From Camelus ferus (Eukaryota), in assembly GCF_009834535.1 (NCBI RefSeq), contig NC_045697.1:56918001-56982000 (forward strand): DNA of 64,000 bases, in the 5' to 3' direction. This document shows positions 25,022 to 39,699 of this stretch, piece after piece. The notes beneath the pieces were generated by a model. It was not told the DNA's origin and did not search any database. It saw only the letters and a list, made by a program, of their open reading frames with translations. Made by a program: the position numbers and the translations under genes. Numbering within the stretch: the first letter of the stretch is position 1; each line of letters begins with the position of its first letter.

Positions 25022-28000
25022 AAACCTGAAGATGTGCACGCTCTCCTATTTGTCAGAAAGTTCACAATGAAGAAATTCTTAGTTCTTTCATAATCTAACA
25101 GTTCAAACAAAAAAAGATGAAGACTGCTTACATAATTTATTTCTGGGAAATATTTTTAGTGTGATCTTTTCATGCTCATACTTGATTTATTTTTAAAGAT
25201 ATTAAAAGTAATCATATTTTAAGCATGTACCTTGTACAGAATAACATTTTACTGTACTTTCTGGTAGCCTGACAACTATCAAAATCATTACCTTACTTGT
25301 TGCTGTGATCTTAGTTTTACTAAAATATAACCATTTTTTTAGTGTTCCTTTTACTGACCTCAGCACTCAGAATTATCTACTGACAACTTTCTTTCCTATA
25401 ACTATTCCTTAAAAGTATTTTTTAAAATGAGCAAGATTTTAAGGCAACATTAAGAAATAAACATCCATTTAAAAAAATTATCTAAAGGCTTAAAGGAAAG
25501 AGGACTGAAGGGGCAATGTTGCAGCAAGTGGAATTTGATGTTTATATCACATTAAGCTTTTAATATTCTCACAACGCATGTTTGTGGGCACATGTTGGTG
25601 CTCCCTGAAAGCTTCAGTTTGCATTATTAGACACACATGAATGATGAAATTTATACTTTTGCTAGAACGTGTAATGACGGTATCTACGTTCCATGAAGTC
25701 CTAAATCATACATACATCAGAGCGTGTGTATCTTGGCTTCATCTCATTTTACATTGCATCTTACTTTCTGTTGTAAAACCTATGGTATTTCCATGGCTCC
25801 GTGATAAGAGCTCAAAGATTTGAAGGCAAGTCATTGTTTGAAGGTGATATTACCCTTAAAATGTGACCCATTGATTATTATCAAGTACTGACAAGAATAT
25901 CTTGCAGAGATATAATCCTGGAACATTGCCTGACTTCCACTTCTCTCCTTCCATCCCTCCTACTGTCCTTGTTCCTTGTTTGTTTTTCTTCTTATACATT
26001 GAATAATACCAGCCTTCCAGCTGGTAGACCCTATGACAGATGCTAGGTACACCAGCATGGAAACTAAATAAACCACCCAAAATGTTCCCTCCTCTTCAAG
26101 ATGTTCACCACATTGTGATGGATAATCACATGTAAATAGTCCAACACAAGATAATACAACACAGAGTAAAATAGAGGTAAGAACAAGGTGCTGACTGAGC
26201 CCAAATGAATGAGTTTTTTTCTCTACTGAAAAAATTGAGAGTGGCTTTAGAAATCTCTTCCAGTTATGAACAGTCCCAGCACACTGAAGGATCATCCTGG
26301 GGATATCTTTAACAGAAAAGGGCAATCTCCTAAAGTAGAAATTATCTCTTCTAAATGCCTTACATCCTTGGCCTTTCAGGCTTTAACTGAAGGCATATTG
26401 CTATAAAGATACCTCTGGAGAATCTAGGAAGGAAGGCAAAGATTAATTCCCTACCCACTTAACAGTTTCAAATGTGCACCTTTTTCAGGCTCCATACCAT
26501 TAGTATATTATATTTTATTAGTGGATTTTTAAACTGACAGTCTTCAAATAATTTTCAATCCCTGTTGATCTACCGGGATTCAACGAAGTAACCTGAGCCC
26601 ACCAGTCTGCCACCACATAAAGCCTATGAATGTCACACACATTTGTTTTCCTATCAGAAGTTAGTTCTCCTTCAGGCAGATTTATTTTGAACTGCCTAGT
26701 ACAACTTGATAACAGATTTTTTATTTGAGAGTTGATCTTACTCTTAAATCAAGGAATGCTCCACCTCTGCCTTCTTACAAATTCATCACTTTAACATCAT
26801 TTTGTAAAAAGAGTGAATTAATGATTGCTTGTCCTTTTTTCCTTATTGCAGTTTAGGTTTTCTCATTACACATTTTTACTGCCTCCCAAATAACCACGCA
26901 ATATTACTTCATGTTTGGGTGTTTCTGATTTTGTAATTATTGGTTATTTGATTTTAAAAAAAATTAAAATGTAATGTAGTTAGTAATTTCTTTTCAGAAA
27001 ACATTTGATGAATTACTGCCTGTGTAATTGAGTCCTTTATTTGTCAACACTGGTCTCTGTGCCATTGAATATATATTTATTATCTGCTTCTCATAAACTT
27101 CGTTTAATAAAATCCTGTTATAGTCTGAATCTAATTTAATCAGGACTTTAACATAGAAACCTGAGGTTTCTAGCAATTCAGATGATATGCTACTTTGTTT
27201 TTATAGATAGAAAAAACTGAAAAAGCTCTCACTCTAAAATTACTGAGAAACTAGTTTTATCTAAAGAGCTATTTTTATGTAGAATTCTTTTAACTCGACA
27301 TAAGAAAGTAAACAGCAAGAACAGCCCCTAAGCTGTCGATTGCTAAAATAAAATCTGCTTTATTTCGAAGTGAGAGGCAATCAATCAAATAGGTAATTTT
27401 ATGATTATAAAAAATAGATCCATACATTTACTTTTACTTTTCAGTGAGCATTTCTGGCATTGTAGAGACATAATGTCTTCTTAGGCCTTTGTTGATCATA
27501 GAATCCCTGTAACTTAAATTAATGGTCCTTGTATGTCATAGTTTATGTATGGAAGTACAATTTGGCTAAAACACCTGATTTTCAAGTTAACTGAACTTGA
27601 CACTATACTGTGTTACGACAGAAGAAAAAAATCTGGAATCAAAGTTTAACCTTGTTTCTGTACACAAAGACACCCATTTCTCATTTGCCTGATTATGTCT
27701 CTTCTAATTACACATACCACTCACTGTCACATCAGTCCCAAAAGGACAGTTCACTACGTGGAGTTCTATAACACATAATGTGTATGTGATGGAACACTTA
27801 ACTTTTTTTTCAAATCTGCTCATGCTGTTGCCTCACAGTTACTTATATGGGAGGTTGAAAAGGCTGACACTCAGCAAGTGATTGCAGCATGACCAAGGTG
27901 TTCCCATCAGTAGAGAATTCACCTATGGAGCCAATTCTTTAATGAACTGATGGAGAAGGCCTCACCTCACAGTTTGTCAAGCTGTTGACTCTCTAGAATC

Positions 28001-28839
28001 TCTCCCTGTTAGTCTTCTTCCCTGAATACCCACAGTATATTTAGCAAAACACAGTAAACACACTATATATACTATAAATACATTATAGTTTCTATCAGAT
28101 GTACTTATCAGGCTCCACAATATCACTAGGTGAAATAGAATTTGGATTTTGTTATTATAGGTGAAGTGGTTCTGTTACTGTGTTATCATTTTAATTGTCA
28201 CATAGAGTCTATTCAATTTACAGAAGCCAGAAAACCTATGTCCAGAGGTAGAACTCCCTACCGGTATCATATTTTCTATTCTTGTGTCACCGTGTATTTA
28301 AAAAAAATGCTTTTTCACATTTAAAACTTGGACTATTAATTATATGGTTGCCTTTTCTACATTTAAGCCTGTGAGATGAGTGCACGCCCCTGCACAACTA
28401 CTGAAGACTATTTTTCTACTATCAAACGAGACTGATAAAAGTTACCAAAAATTGCTGTGTACATAACAATGAGGGGAATGATGATGTTATCATGCCTAAT
28501 AGTTACTACTTCTGGACCAAGAGGAGCAGAGACTAAACTGCCCGCCATATGCAGTGGGGATTATTATTTGCAATCATGACTTTCATGGACATTATACATA
28601 GCAGGTCACACTGGTGATGGGGGTAACTTTGTAATGCACGTAACAAAATAGTTGATCTTATATTTGTTTGACAGCTGATGAGTTGACCATTTTTATTTCC
28701 CCTCATGTGCCCAGGAAACTAATGTCTTTCTTGGTCAAAGATGAAAAGCATATGTCTTATGTAACGGAAGGAACATGAATAATATTTCATATTCTACCTC
28801 CCACCTTGAGAAAAACCCTAAATTTTCCAGCCCCTCTCT

Positions 28840-28955
28840 GTGTATATATGTGTGTGTGCATATATATATATACACACATATATAAACACACATATATATA
28901 AATAAATGATGTTTGAAATATATATGTAACTTTATATGTATATATCTATCTCTAT
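28840..28955. repeat. (TG)/(TA)/(CA) compound microsatellite
   Basis: gtgtatatatgtgtgtgtgcatatatatatatacacacatatata... Confidence 0.8.
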
Positions 28956-29349
28956 CATGAGTGAGTGAGATATGCATGGCATTTCTTGCTTATGACAGAC
29001 AGAGAAAAGATGGGAATAGTGTCTGGTTTTATTGTCTTCTAGAATATTCTAGATAAAATTTTAAACATTTTAGAAACTCTGAGTTTAGAAGCCTTAAAGT
29101 CATTTTTGGTTCCTTAGCATCCATAGGCAGGAAATGGGCTTTAGGAGAGCAGATATCTTGTCTTTTGGTTCATAGGTCTCTGAATGAATAGGTATATAAT
29201 ACCTCATATCATTCAGACACCTTGGGCTTTGAGGTCAACACCATGACTAGAAGGAATTTTGTGCTGCTTCCATGAGGACATGGTGTGTGCATTTTGAAAA
29301 CACATACCATGAGTAAATGATAGAGGAAGAATTATTTGATCAAAAGGGT

Positions 29350-29725
29350 AGACTTTGGCAAATATTAGTATTCTTTAATAAGATTTTTTCCCTAGTTCTC
29401 ACACAGGAACATGGCAGAATTAAACTTGCCTAACTCTTTGAAGTAACTTGTTGTGTGCTGTGAAATGAGAGTGAAAGGCATGTATTCATTTCCTGATGGA
29501 AGTTTTAAGAACCTACTCTAATTTCTCCATTTTCCCCCTAACTTCTCCCTTGGAAACAAGCAATGTTCCATATGATGTCTGCTTTGTTAATATGGACCCT
29601 AGAGTGAGGAAAATGCAGAGTGGTTCCACCAGTCAATCTGTGATATGCATGTAAGGTTGAAACATAAGCATATATTGTTTCAAACTACTGAGTTGTATAA
29701 CCTAGACTATTCTGACTGGTGCATT
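29350..29725. mobile_element. MLT1 (MaLR) LTR relic
   Basis: gaaatgagagtgaaag...ttcctgatggaagttttaagaacc...taacctagactattctgactg resembles old MLT1 LTRs. Confidence 0.6.
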
Positions 29726-29899
29726 CAATGAAACTTGAATTAAAGATGATATTTGTAATTTTGTTATTTCAATATTAAAGATCCTTTTATCATTGGAAAA
29801 ACATAACAAAGAGAAAGAGGAGAGCAGATGCATACAATACATATATATATATGTATGTTGTAAAATATTTCTTCTTCCATCTAAAACTGTAGGATTACA

Positions 29900-31090
29900 G
29901 ACAATAAGGCAGGATTACATCAAATTAAAAAGCTTCTGCACAGTAAAGAAAACTATCAACAAAATGAAAAGACAACTTATGAAATGGGAGAAAATATTTG
30001 CAAACTACATATCCAATAAGGGGTTAATATCCAAAATACACCAGGAACTCATACAATAGCAAAGGTATAAGTAACCCAATTTGAAAGTAGAAAAAAGACC
30101 TAAATAGACATTTTTTCCAAAGACATACAGATGGCCAATTAAGTACATGAAAAGATGCTCAAAAATCACTAATCATCAGGGAAATGCAAATCAAAACCAC
30201 AATGAGACATAACCTCATTGGCTATCTATTGGTTATAGCAGGTATCATTAAAAAGACAAGAGATAACATGTTTTGGCCAGAATGTAAAGAAAAGGGAACC
30301 CTTGTGCACTTGCTGGTAGGAATATAAATTGGCACAGCCTCTATGGAAACAGTATGGAGGTTCCTCAAGAAATTGAAAATAGAATTACCATATAATCCAA
30401 CAATCCAACTTTTTAGTATATATTCAGAAGAAACAAAATCACCATCTCAGAGATATCTGTGCTGTCATGTTTATTAGCAGCACTATTTACAATAGTCAAG
30501 GTATGGAAACAACCTAAGTATCCATCTACAGATGAATGGATAAAGAAAATATGTATATATATTATATATATGTGCATTATATATATTCAATGAACTATCA
30601 TTAAGTCTTTAAAAAGAAGGAAATTCTGTCATTGCAACAACATATTATGCTAAGAGAAATAAGCTAGGCAGAGAAAGACAAATACTGCCTGGTGTTACGT
30701 ATATGTGGAATTGAAAAAAAAGTTAAACTCATAGAATAAGAAAGTAGAAAAGTGATTGTTGCTGGCTGAAGTTTGAGGGAAATAAAGAGAAGTTGGTAAA
30801 AGGGTACGAACTTCCAGCTGTAAGAAAAAGACCAGAGGATCTATTGCATAACATGATGGCTATAGCTGATACCACTGTATTGTAAAATTGAAATCTGTTA
30901 AGAGAGTAGAACTTAAATGTTCCCACCAAAACCAAAAAGGGTAATTAGGTAAGATGATGAATATGTTAATTAACTCAACAAGGGACTCCTTTAACAATGT
31001 ATATGTGTATCAATTTACCACATTGTAACTTTTAAATATCTTAACCATTTAATCTGTCAGTTATGCCTAAATAAATCTGAAAAAAATTAA
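29900..31090 (+). mobile_element. 5'-truncated LINE-1 (L1MA-like) ORF2 end plus 3'UTR
   Basis: ORF 29793-30059 ends in L1 peptide [46 protein letters not shown]. Also ggaaacaacctaagtatccatc, and a terminal aataaatctgaaaaaaa. Confidence 0.92.
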
Positions 31091-32449
31091 TAAAACATTT
31101 AATAAATGTATGCACAAAACTGTAAAGCCAGTTAATAAGATATTTTATTATACATATAAGATAATTAAATAAATTGAATATATTAGGTACTCTATGTCTC
31201 CACTGAATATTAATTTCTTCAGTGAATGTTTAATGATTACCTAATATGTTTCTAGTAGGTGATACTGAAAAAATTTTTGACAGCAGAAGGGGGATGATTT
31301 TAAACATAGGAGATCAAATCAGTAAAGCTCAGATTTCCCTGACAATGAAGTTGAAAATTTACGGTTTATATAAACACTCTGGCTTGAAAAATTCAATATT
31401 GGTTTCATTAATGGAGTAGAAGCAGTTTTTGGCTTAACCCATATTGCATTCAGTTCTGCATTTTTAAATTTGTGATCACTGTGAGCCATCCATGTCAATG
31501 TGTTAAATATTCAATTGTATATGTAAGTTTGCAGCTATGAAAACAACTTAGTGTTGGAGATATACATTTGAGGGTATGGAAATATATGGCCTTCAAAGTC
31601 ATGGAAATGCATTGATCAGAATTCCAGATAAAGCATGATATAACGTAAAGAGATGCAATGAAGATGTTGATGATTCATGGCTCATTTAATCATCAAATAT
31701 TTTTCAGATTTTCAGGCACATTACATAATAAATTTTTCACTATTCTAAGATGATCAATACTCAGAATTTGTTTAATTGTTGAGGATGAATTCATCTGTGA
31801 ACATGCAATACACACAATGAAATTTGAAAAGCAATGCCATCGCTTTCAGTGGCTGGCACTATGTCATTGCATTTATGAGGGCAGTGAGCCAGTGGTGCAG
31901 AAGTAATTGTAGCATCTATCTCTGTGGTTTGATGTCAAACAACTAATCAATAATATGAACTTTCTAAAGTTGGTTTTTCTCCCTAATTATTTTTGCTTGA
32001 AACTCATTTCACAGTCTCCATATTTTAAAAACTGTAGCATAAATACTGAAGTAGAAATATTGAAGTAGATAAAAAGAAATGTATTACCATCACTTCAGAA
32101 TTTGAAGTGATCTCTGATGTTTGGGGAATCCTTTTAAAACTATCCATCGAGGGTATAGGATATGAGGGTCTCTTCACATCCATAGATTAAATCTAGTTAT
32201 CTAAGAAAAAATCCTACCACTTTTTGAATATAGACAATACACAACACATAACAGTAGTCTTCAGTCTAAATTAATCAATGACTCCAAATAATCAATGATG
32301 GACAATAACAAAGGTTTAATTCACACCCATATGGCATGCCAATGTGGATGAGATGTGGCCATGCTCTGAGCTCTCTTTCCTGCAACCAGGTTGATGAAGC
32401 AGCTCTTGTCGTTGTCATGTCAGCTTCCAAGTAGAGTGAATAGAGTAGG

Positions 32450-32797
32450 GGTATCATAGTCACTATAGACTGCTATAAAGTTACATAGACTGGTCACCTT
32501 TTAAACAACAAAAATTTATTTCTCACAGTTATGGAAGCTGGAAGTCTAAGATCAAGGTGCCAACATGGCCAGGTTCTGGTTAGGATCCCCTTTGAAGCTG
32601 CAGTCTATTTTCTAATTGTATCTACAGCACTAAGAATTCTCTGGAGTTTCTTTTATAAGGGCACTAATTCCTTCATGAAAGCTCCACCCACATGATTTAA
32701 TTACCTCCCAAAGACTCTAGCTCCTAATAACATCACATTATGGAACAGAATTTCAACATGGATTGTGGGACACAAAAACATTTTCAGTCCCTAACAG
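32450..32797. mobile_element. MLT1A/B-like MaLR LTR
   Basis: aacaacaaaaatttatttctcacagttatggaagctggaagtctaagatcaaggtgcc...taattacctcccaaag...cagtccctaaca. Confidence 0.85.
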
Positions 32798-34099
32798 TTG
32801 CTGAACCACACACACTCTGGCTCTTAAAGCTTCTGCTTGAATATTAAACATTTGTTTCCTCTCATATTTCACTGGTCAATCAGTGTCATGCCTGAGTTCA
32901 ACATGGGAGAGACACCAAATATTCCCTCTGGGAGGCCTGCCCAGGGAGGAACAACCAATATTTTGAACAATTATAAATCTACTTGAGTAAGCAAACTCTT
33001 TGCAATGAAGTTATTTCCTCCAAAATTTGTTTCAAAGTTCATTCACTTTAATCATATGCAGAGCCCCAATTTCTCACTCAAATTCTATTAATTGATTTGC
33101 TTAGATGAAACAATTAGGCTGCCTGTGTTCTCAAGAAAGACAAGTGACACGTGTAGCAAGCGAGTGCAGGAACAAGTCCAAGAAATGAGAGAACATACAC
33201 TCATCAAGGTATAAGCCAGAAGCTCCCAGATGTTTTTGTGCCTTTTAAGACCTATTGTTTGAAATGGACTTTGCCTCTTCTATCCACATTTCATTGTCCA
33301 AAGCAAGCCAAAGATCCCAGTCTAACAACCAGCATCACTTTTTAGAGAAGTGGAGATCAATAGAACAAATATTTGCTAAAATAACTAATTTGTCTTTAGT
33401 TTCCAAGAACCATTTAAATTATCCTTCTCTTGGTAGGACAATAAATGTATTTTAGGAAGAAAAGTGTTCAAATTGGATGGGTTTAAATATTTGATGCTTA
33501 AAGAGGTAGGTAAAACCCTACTTTTTTTTTTTAGAAAACTGGCTACCCATAACTCATTTCCCAAGAAATAATATGAATCTTAAAATGGGGATTTCCTTGA
33601 GTCACCAAGGTAATAAACCTTACATTTTAAGATCTTATGCATTATAAAATTTTGGTTTTGTTTTCTGTTACTTTTTTGTTTTGTTTTTTGCTGAAATTCA
33701 GTTTAACTGCACTGTGCATCTTTCAAAAGCAGATACTAAGTAACTTGAATATTAAGGTTAAATATTTATATGACTGATGAATAGTTTCAGATATATTATA
33801 AAACTAAATATGTGACATATTTCACAGTGGTACCATGTTAGTTTCATTTCTGTGTATAGAAGTTGAAATTTGAGTGTATTTTTTTAAAGTTAAATTTAAT
33901 CGACATGTATCTTTAATATCATCAGTAGAAAATAGTAAAAAGTTAATTATACAATAGAGTTAACATCTCAGGTGATCTACAAACCTGATGTAAGTATTTA
34001 AAAAGTAAACATCTCTCTTCTGAATTTGTAATCTGTACAGTGAAATGACTGAACTATATATTTCTCTTCCTTGTCCCTTCTTAATGACTAATATTTTTA

Positions 34100-34565
34100 A
34101 TAGTTCTTTACCACTTGAAAGCAAATACTCAAAAGTTATCAGCTTAAAATAAAGACCATTGTTTATCTTATTATTCTGTTATTTGGTGATTTAGCATACA
34201 GCTGCTCAGCAGATCTGCTGACATCTGCTGGGCTCTCAAGCCTGCTGCCAGGTCGCTGCTGCTTGGTCACTGATCTGGGAATGAATGATCTCTAGGAAAG
34301 GGTGTAACTGGGCCACATCTCTGTCATCACTGGGGAAGCTAACTCAGGCTTCTTTACATGGTGCTGATCAGGGATGTTAGCACAAAGACTAGAAATACAT
34401 GGCCTCTTGGGTGTTAGATTTGCAACTGGCACAGCCTCACTTTCAACACATGCTTTTGGTTCAAGCAAATCACAAGGCTAGCTTAAATTTAACGTCCAGG
34501 GAAATAAACTCTACTTGAGGGGAGGATCTGCAAAATATTTCGGCTATTTTTACAATCACCATAAT
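34100..34565. mobile_element. Older MLT1 LTR relic
   Basis: cagcttaaaataa...ggcacagcctcactttc...ttcaagcaaatcacaaggctagc resembles MLT1. Confidence 0.65.
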
Positions 34566-37500
34566 AGTACAGGATAAACTATAATTTTTATTACTAATAA
34601 GTAGGATATATACATACATACATATACACAAAACAGATGGATATCTACTATTGATACTGAGTTCATTATTACTTATCACTTCCATTGTAATTTTCACTAT
34701 ATTTGAGACTCTTCAAAATAAATTTCATGGCAATAATAATTGAAGTATGCATAAATGTCATATTTCCCTTTTAAAACTAAAGATGAAGTGATTTTGGTAA
34801 ATGTCCTTGTCACTGTCACTGCAAACCAAGTGGAAACCAATTAAGTTTTAATCAATAATTTTCAACAGACTATAAACTTACTTATTCCAAGAAAGCCTTT
34901 TTATTCTGATCATCACTAGTCAATTGTATCACTTAATATGGACTCTGAAATATTTTACAGTTTGTAATTAAGAAGAGTCAAACTGGAGTTAAAATATATC
35001 ACAGGGACTTTTTCTTTTCTCTTTAGTTTTATTTGCATACATTTTAATGAACTGTCTTATTAATGTAAAATTTTTGTGTTTATGGAAAAATCACTTTTTG
35101 AAAGAAGTGAATATAAATTAATTTGGATTATGCATATTTACATTGATTTTGAAGTTGAATGATTAATCAATAGAAAATAAAATATTCATTTGTTAACTAT
35201 CTTCACATAGCAGTTAATTTTCATGTAATAATATGTGTGACTATTTGAAAAGGAAAATGATTGTCATTTGTTCACTAATGTTTTTAACATATATTTTTTC
35301 TTAATGATTACTTATTAGTTTGCTCATAGGTAATACTATTTTATTTGAAATAGTTCTTCAGTATTTAGACAGAAATTACTTCATTTAATATGATTTGGGC
35401 TTTCTGATTTCAGTTATATCATGTAAACTCTCCTGAGTGCAAGGATTATTTTCTTGGCTTCATAAACTTGCAGTAGGAAAGCATAGTCAAAGTCACCTAT
35501 GAAGTAATCATAAATGTTAATTCACCAAGCTTTATTTTATTCTTAAAAATGTGCTTTTAACTCTGGTGTTTACGATTCCCTCTAGTTCTAAAATATTCTC
35601 ACCTAGGATACAAAACATATTCTAAAACTATTCCAGAAAGAGTATTCACCATGAAAAATTCTGTGTTCTTAAAATCTGAATTATTTTCCGACTTATAAAA
35701 TATTACTTCTTTTTGTACTTTTTAGGGTATCCAGCTCTAATTTCAATTTTAAAATTTCTTCCTTATTTTCAATATTTTAGAATTTCAAGCTATAAGACAG
35801 AAAACAAGTATATAGAAAGTCATTTATTCAATAAATAATATATAAAGACTACTATTTTTGTATTAAATAGAAATAAAATGGCTTAGTGATAGACACTACA
35901 AATAAATATTCTAGTCAATAAGAGACATTCAGTTTTATTGAAGGATTACAAAAATTAAATATTAGTCTTAGAGTAGCTATTGAAATTGTATTTATTTATG
36001 CCTGCAATGTTATAATATAATAACTATACCAAAATTATATGTAATAAAATTAGATATCCAGTCATATTTTTACCATATTTTTCCCTCTTCTTTTATATTT
36101 ACAATATTTATATGATATATATGTATATGTAATAAAAATATAAATAATATCTGGGCTATATGCCTAAATAAAATTTACATATACATATAATTTACTGGGG
36201 AGTGAAGTATTTATTTAAAAATACATTATTCAGATTAATATATTTTTGAAACTTTCTATGGTGAAGATTTTAAAGAATTTATTTTATGTTTTAATGTTTA
36301 TTTTGTTTTTGAATTAAAATGAAGTTGACCAAATGTGTTATTGCAATATATTTATAATATTAAAAACTGACATATATATATGGATACATATATATTATTT
36401 TGACATAACAAAAACTCATTTTAAGTAATTCATTATAGTTTATAAAGAAATAAAATTGGTATGATACAAAATAATTTTCCAATTTCTTAAATAGTAAATG
36501 AAATATAGTTAAACTTAAAACAATTAAATTTTATTAAAACTGATATTTCTGCATATTTGTAGTATCATGTCAATTTTATTCATGGTGAAAATACTTGATA
36601 TTCTATAAAATACCAAACATGTTTTGAATTTATAAAAATGTTTTCATATAGATCGCTTATTGCTTATTTGTATTTTAGTTACAATCTGAAGATTACTTAC
36701 TAGTAAAATAACATTTGTTTACTTAGAAAACTCCTCGTCCATCCTGAGTAAAGTATATGGAACTATTTTATGTGTCTTTATATTTTATATGTACTATAGT
36801 GTGTCTTTAGTAGAAACATTTATTTACAGAGTTTACTAACAATTTTTGGTTTGCACATTGCAATTACTCTGTCAAACAAATTTCAAGTTGTTTTTCCTTA
36901 CCACTTAATTTTTATTTCTTTAAGTAGGATATTTTTTGTTTTGGAGGTAGTTTGAAGATATCTGTTCATTTCAATGAGTTCCTGAGAAGTGGCTAGAATA
37001 CAGTTTTAAAAAGTAGTAGTAGTACAAAAAAAAAAAAAAGGGTTTCTTTACTGCAGTATTTTCATATGGGGCAAATTCAGGCAAATCCTGTTTCACTTAA
37101 ATGTGGAAAGCTTTTCCTAAGTTCATCAACTTAAGTGTTGAATAAAGCAATAATGACCCAAAACTCAACTATGATCAGTTGAAATTTAGAGGTAAAATTT
37201 TGGTTCAACAAACAAACATCATTTACCTTGTCCTACTTAACATTTTAAGATTAATTTCTTCTGATGAGAAAGAAACATTTAAGAAGAGAACTTCAGGATT
37301 TCAGATGTTAGAATACTCATTTCTCTCATATGCACAATTAATTGTTATTTACAAAAGTGAATAAATTATTGTAATGATAGCTTCTTCTTTTTAAGAGCTT
37401 GTAAAACTAGCTACAAAGTAGAAGTTATTATGAATAAACTTACTGATGAAGCTACGGAGACATAAATTTAGTAATCAGAAATTCTTTTATGCTCTGTTAA

Positions 37501-39647
37501 TTATCATCTTTTCTTCTCTTTGTGCTCTGAGTACAACTAAAGTACTGAAAGAGTTGATCAAGCACAGTCAGTCTTGTGGCTAATTGAGCAACACTGTCTG
37601 AATCATTTAATGGTTAATTATATTTTTTTCTGCTGTATTTGACTAAAATTATTCCAGAAAGGGCAGTTCTAAAAGATTTATTCAAAATCAGCCCTTTTCT
37701 AACATGTGAAAGTGAAATGTAATTTTAAAAAAATAACGAATTAAAAACTTTGTGAAAAGCTTGTAATAATAACCCACTTCCCACATGTAGATTTCTTTCA
37801 GGAAAGCATAATCTTAGGCTAGAAAGTTTGCAAATTCAGGAAAAAATATGTATATGTCAATTAGAAGACTGTCTTTAATGTATTGTAGTTTGGGGAAAAG
37901 CATACAGCTTTTTCATAATAATCTACTTGTGAAAGATTTTCATGTAAGATCAAGGAACTGTTTTCACGTGACTTTGTACTCACAACTTAATTGTTGACTT
38001 CAATTTTATTACATGCTATATGGTGTATCACATGTTAAACACAAACTATAATACTCTAGGTCATTGTGTTCAAGATTGTTGGAACCACCAGCAGTAAACA
38101 CAAGATTATGTGCCCTCATAAAGAGGAAGTTGAGCATTCAGCAAACCCTAACTATGAGTTGTTAATCATGAAAATCACCTGTTTTTTTGAGATTAGATGG
38201 CCCTTGAAAAGACTGATAGACAAATATCTGTTATTCTAGTGAATTTTAGGCATTCCCTGTCAGAAGAAGCAACATATGATAGTGCTTTGTGATAAGTAAC
38301 AGTGAGATAAAGCAATGAACACTGTTAAAACAAACCATCACATTTAAAAATATAATTCAAATATCAAAGTTATAATTAAAATATAATATATTCAAGCATA
38401 CATACATATATATCAGTGTCTCTAAAAACTTTTTTCAAATATTTCCTAACATCTTCCAGAGAAGAACAATGCTATGAAATATTTAAAATTTCATACCAAC
38501 ATAATTATTTGGGGTCCTTTTGTTATTTACAGTATAACACAAATGGGGACTAATATTATTCTTCAGCGTTTAAATCTAAAAACTTTCTTATTTAGTAAAC
38601 TGTATACGAAAAAGAAATCAGACAAAAATTTTCTGAATGGTATAGCATATACTTGGCTATGGGAGGGACTGGAATATAGTAAAATAAGTGTATACATTGT
38701 TATACTTTTGATATGTAATATTAAATATAATAATGTTAGCAAGGACTTCTTGGAGAATTATTATGTGCCATCGCTTTATGTATATTTTTTTCATTTCATT
38801 TTCTAAAAACAGCCATAAGATTTTAGAGTAGCAAAAAAAAATCATATATATAATATTCTATACATGTTTAAAGAAAGGAAATAAATTTTTATTGAATAAT
38901 TGTGAAAATGTCTTTGATGTAGACTTTAAAGAATTGTTGGGTTTTCATAAGCCAATGGAAGGAATCAGAGATGAAGGAGAATTTCAGTTTGCAAGTTTGA
39001 TGTGAACAAAGTCAGAAAGTCGAAAATATTGTGATAACTTGAGGTATTTGGATAGAATTCTTATCTTTATGAATTCTCATGTTTAGATAAAGAAATATTT
39101 ATTTTATTCATTTTTCTAATAATAGAGTTAATTTTAGTAGATTAAGATGAAATAATTGGTCAAACCATTATATACTTAAGGAATCAAAAAAATACAATTC
39201 AATATAAATTTTGATAGACTTAGTATTTTTGGATGGAAGTTTTAAAAACATAACTAACTTGGGGGCTTAGACAGGTTATTTTTTTCCTCATGATATTCTG
39301 AAGGAAAACATCCCTCTTTTGTCCATATAAATCAGTTTTATATCCCTGGACTCCTCTGGTAAACTCCTTTACTTTCTCTCTTTCTTATGCAGTTACTCAT
39401 ACGTTTAATTGATGGTCTCAAAATTACACCATTATTGTTAAATACAAATCTAAAACTTTCGGAAAAAGATTGACTCAATGTTTCATGACTGTCAAAGCAG
39501 TAGTGACTAAAGAGCTAAACAAAACAGACTGGTTATTTTGTACTAATTTTATATTTTAAACATATTAAATTATGTTTTCTTCTTAAACAAATATATCTCA
39601 AGGAAATTAACATTTTTTCTTACAATTTTTACTATTTTCCTTTTCAG

Positions 39648-39699
39648 ATGACACAAAAATCTACTATTCATGATGTTAAACAAAAATTTCACAAAGCAT
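39648..39699 (+). CDS. TECRL: TECRL coding exon 2 (52 nt)
   Basis: Polypyrimidine tract plus tttcAG at 39646-39647, with a branch-like TTAAC at 39607-39611. Encodes MTQKSTIHDVKQKFHKA plus 1 nt, in frame with exon 1 (human recalled as VTQSSTIHDVKQKFHKAC). Donor T|GTAAGT at 39700. Confidence 0.95.

Larger units (their letters stand above)
14018..39647 (+). other. TECRL: TECRL intron 1 (GT-AG, 25,630 nt)
   Basis: Bounded by the exon 1 donor and the exon 2 acceptor; the join preserves the reading frame. Confidence 0.9.
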
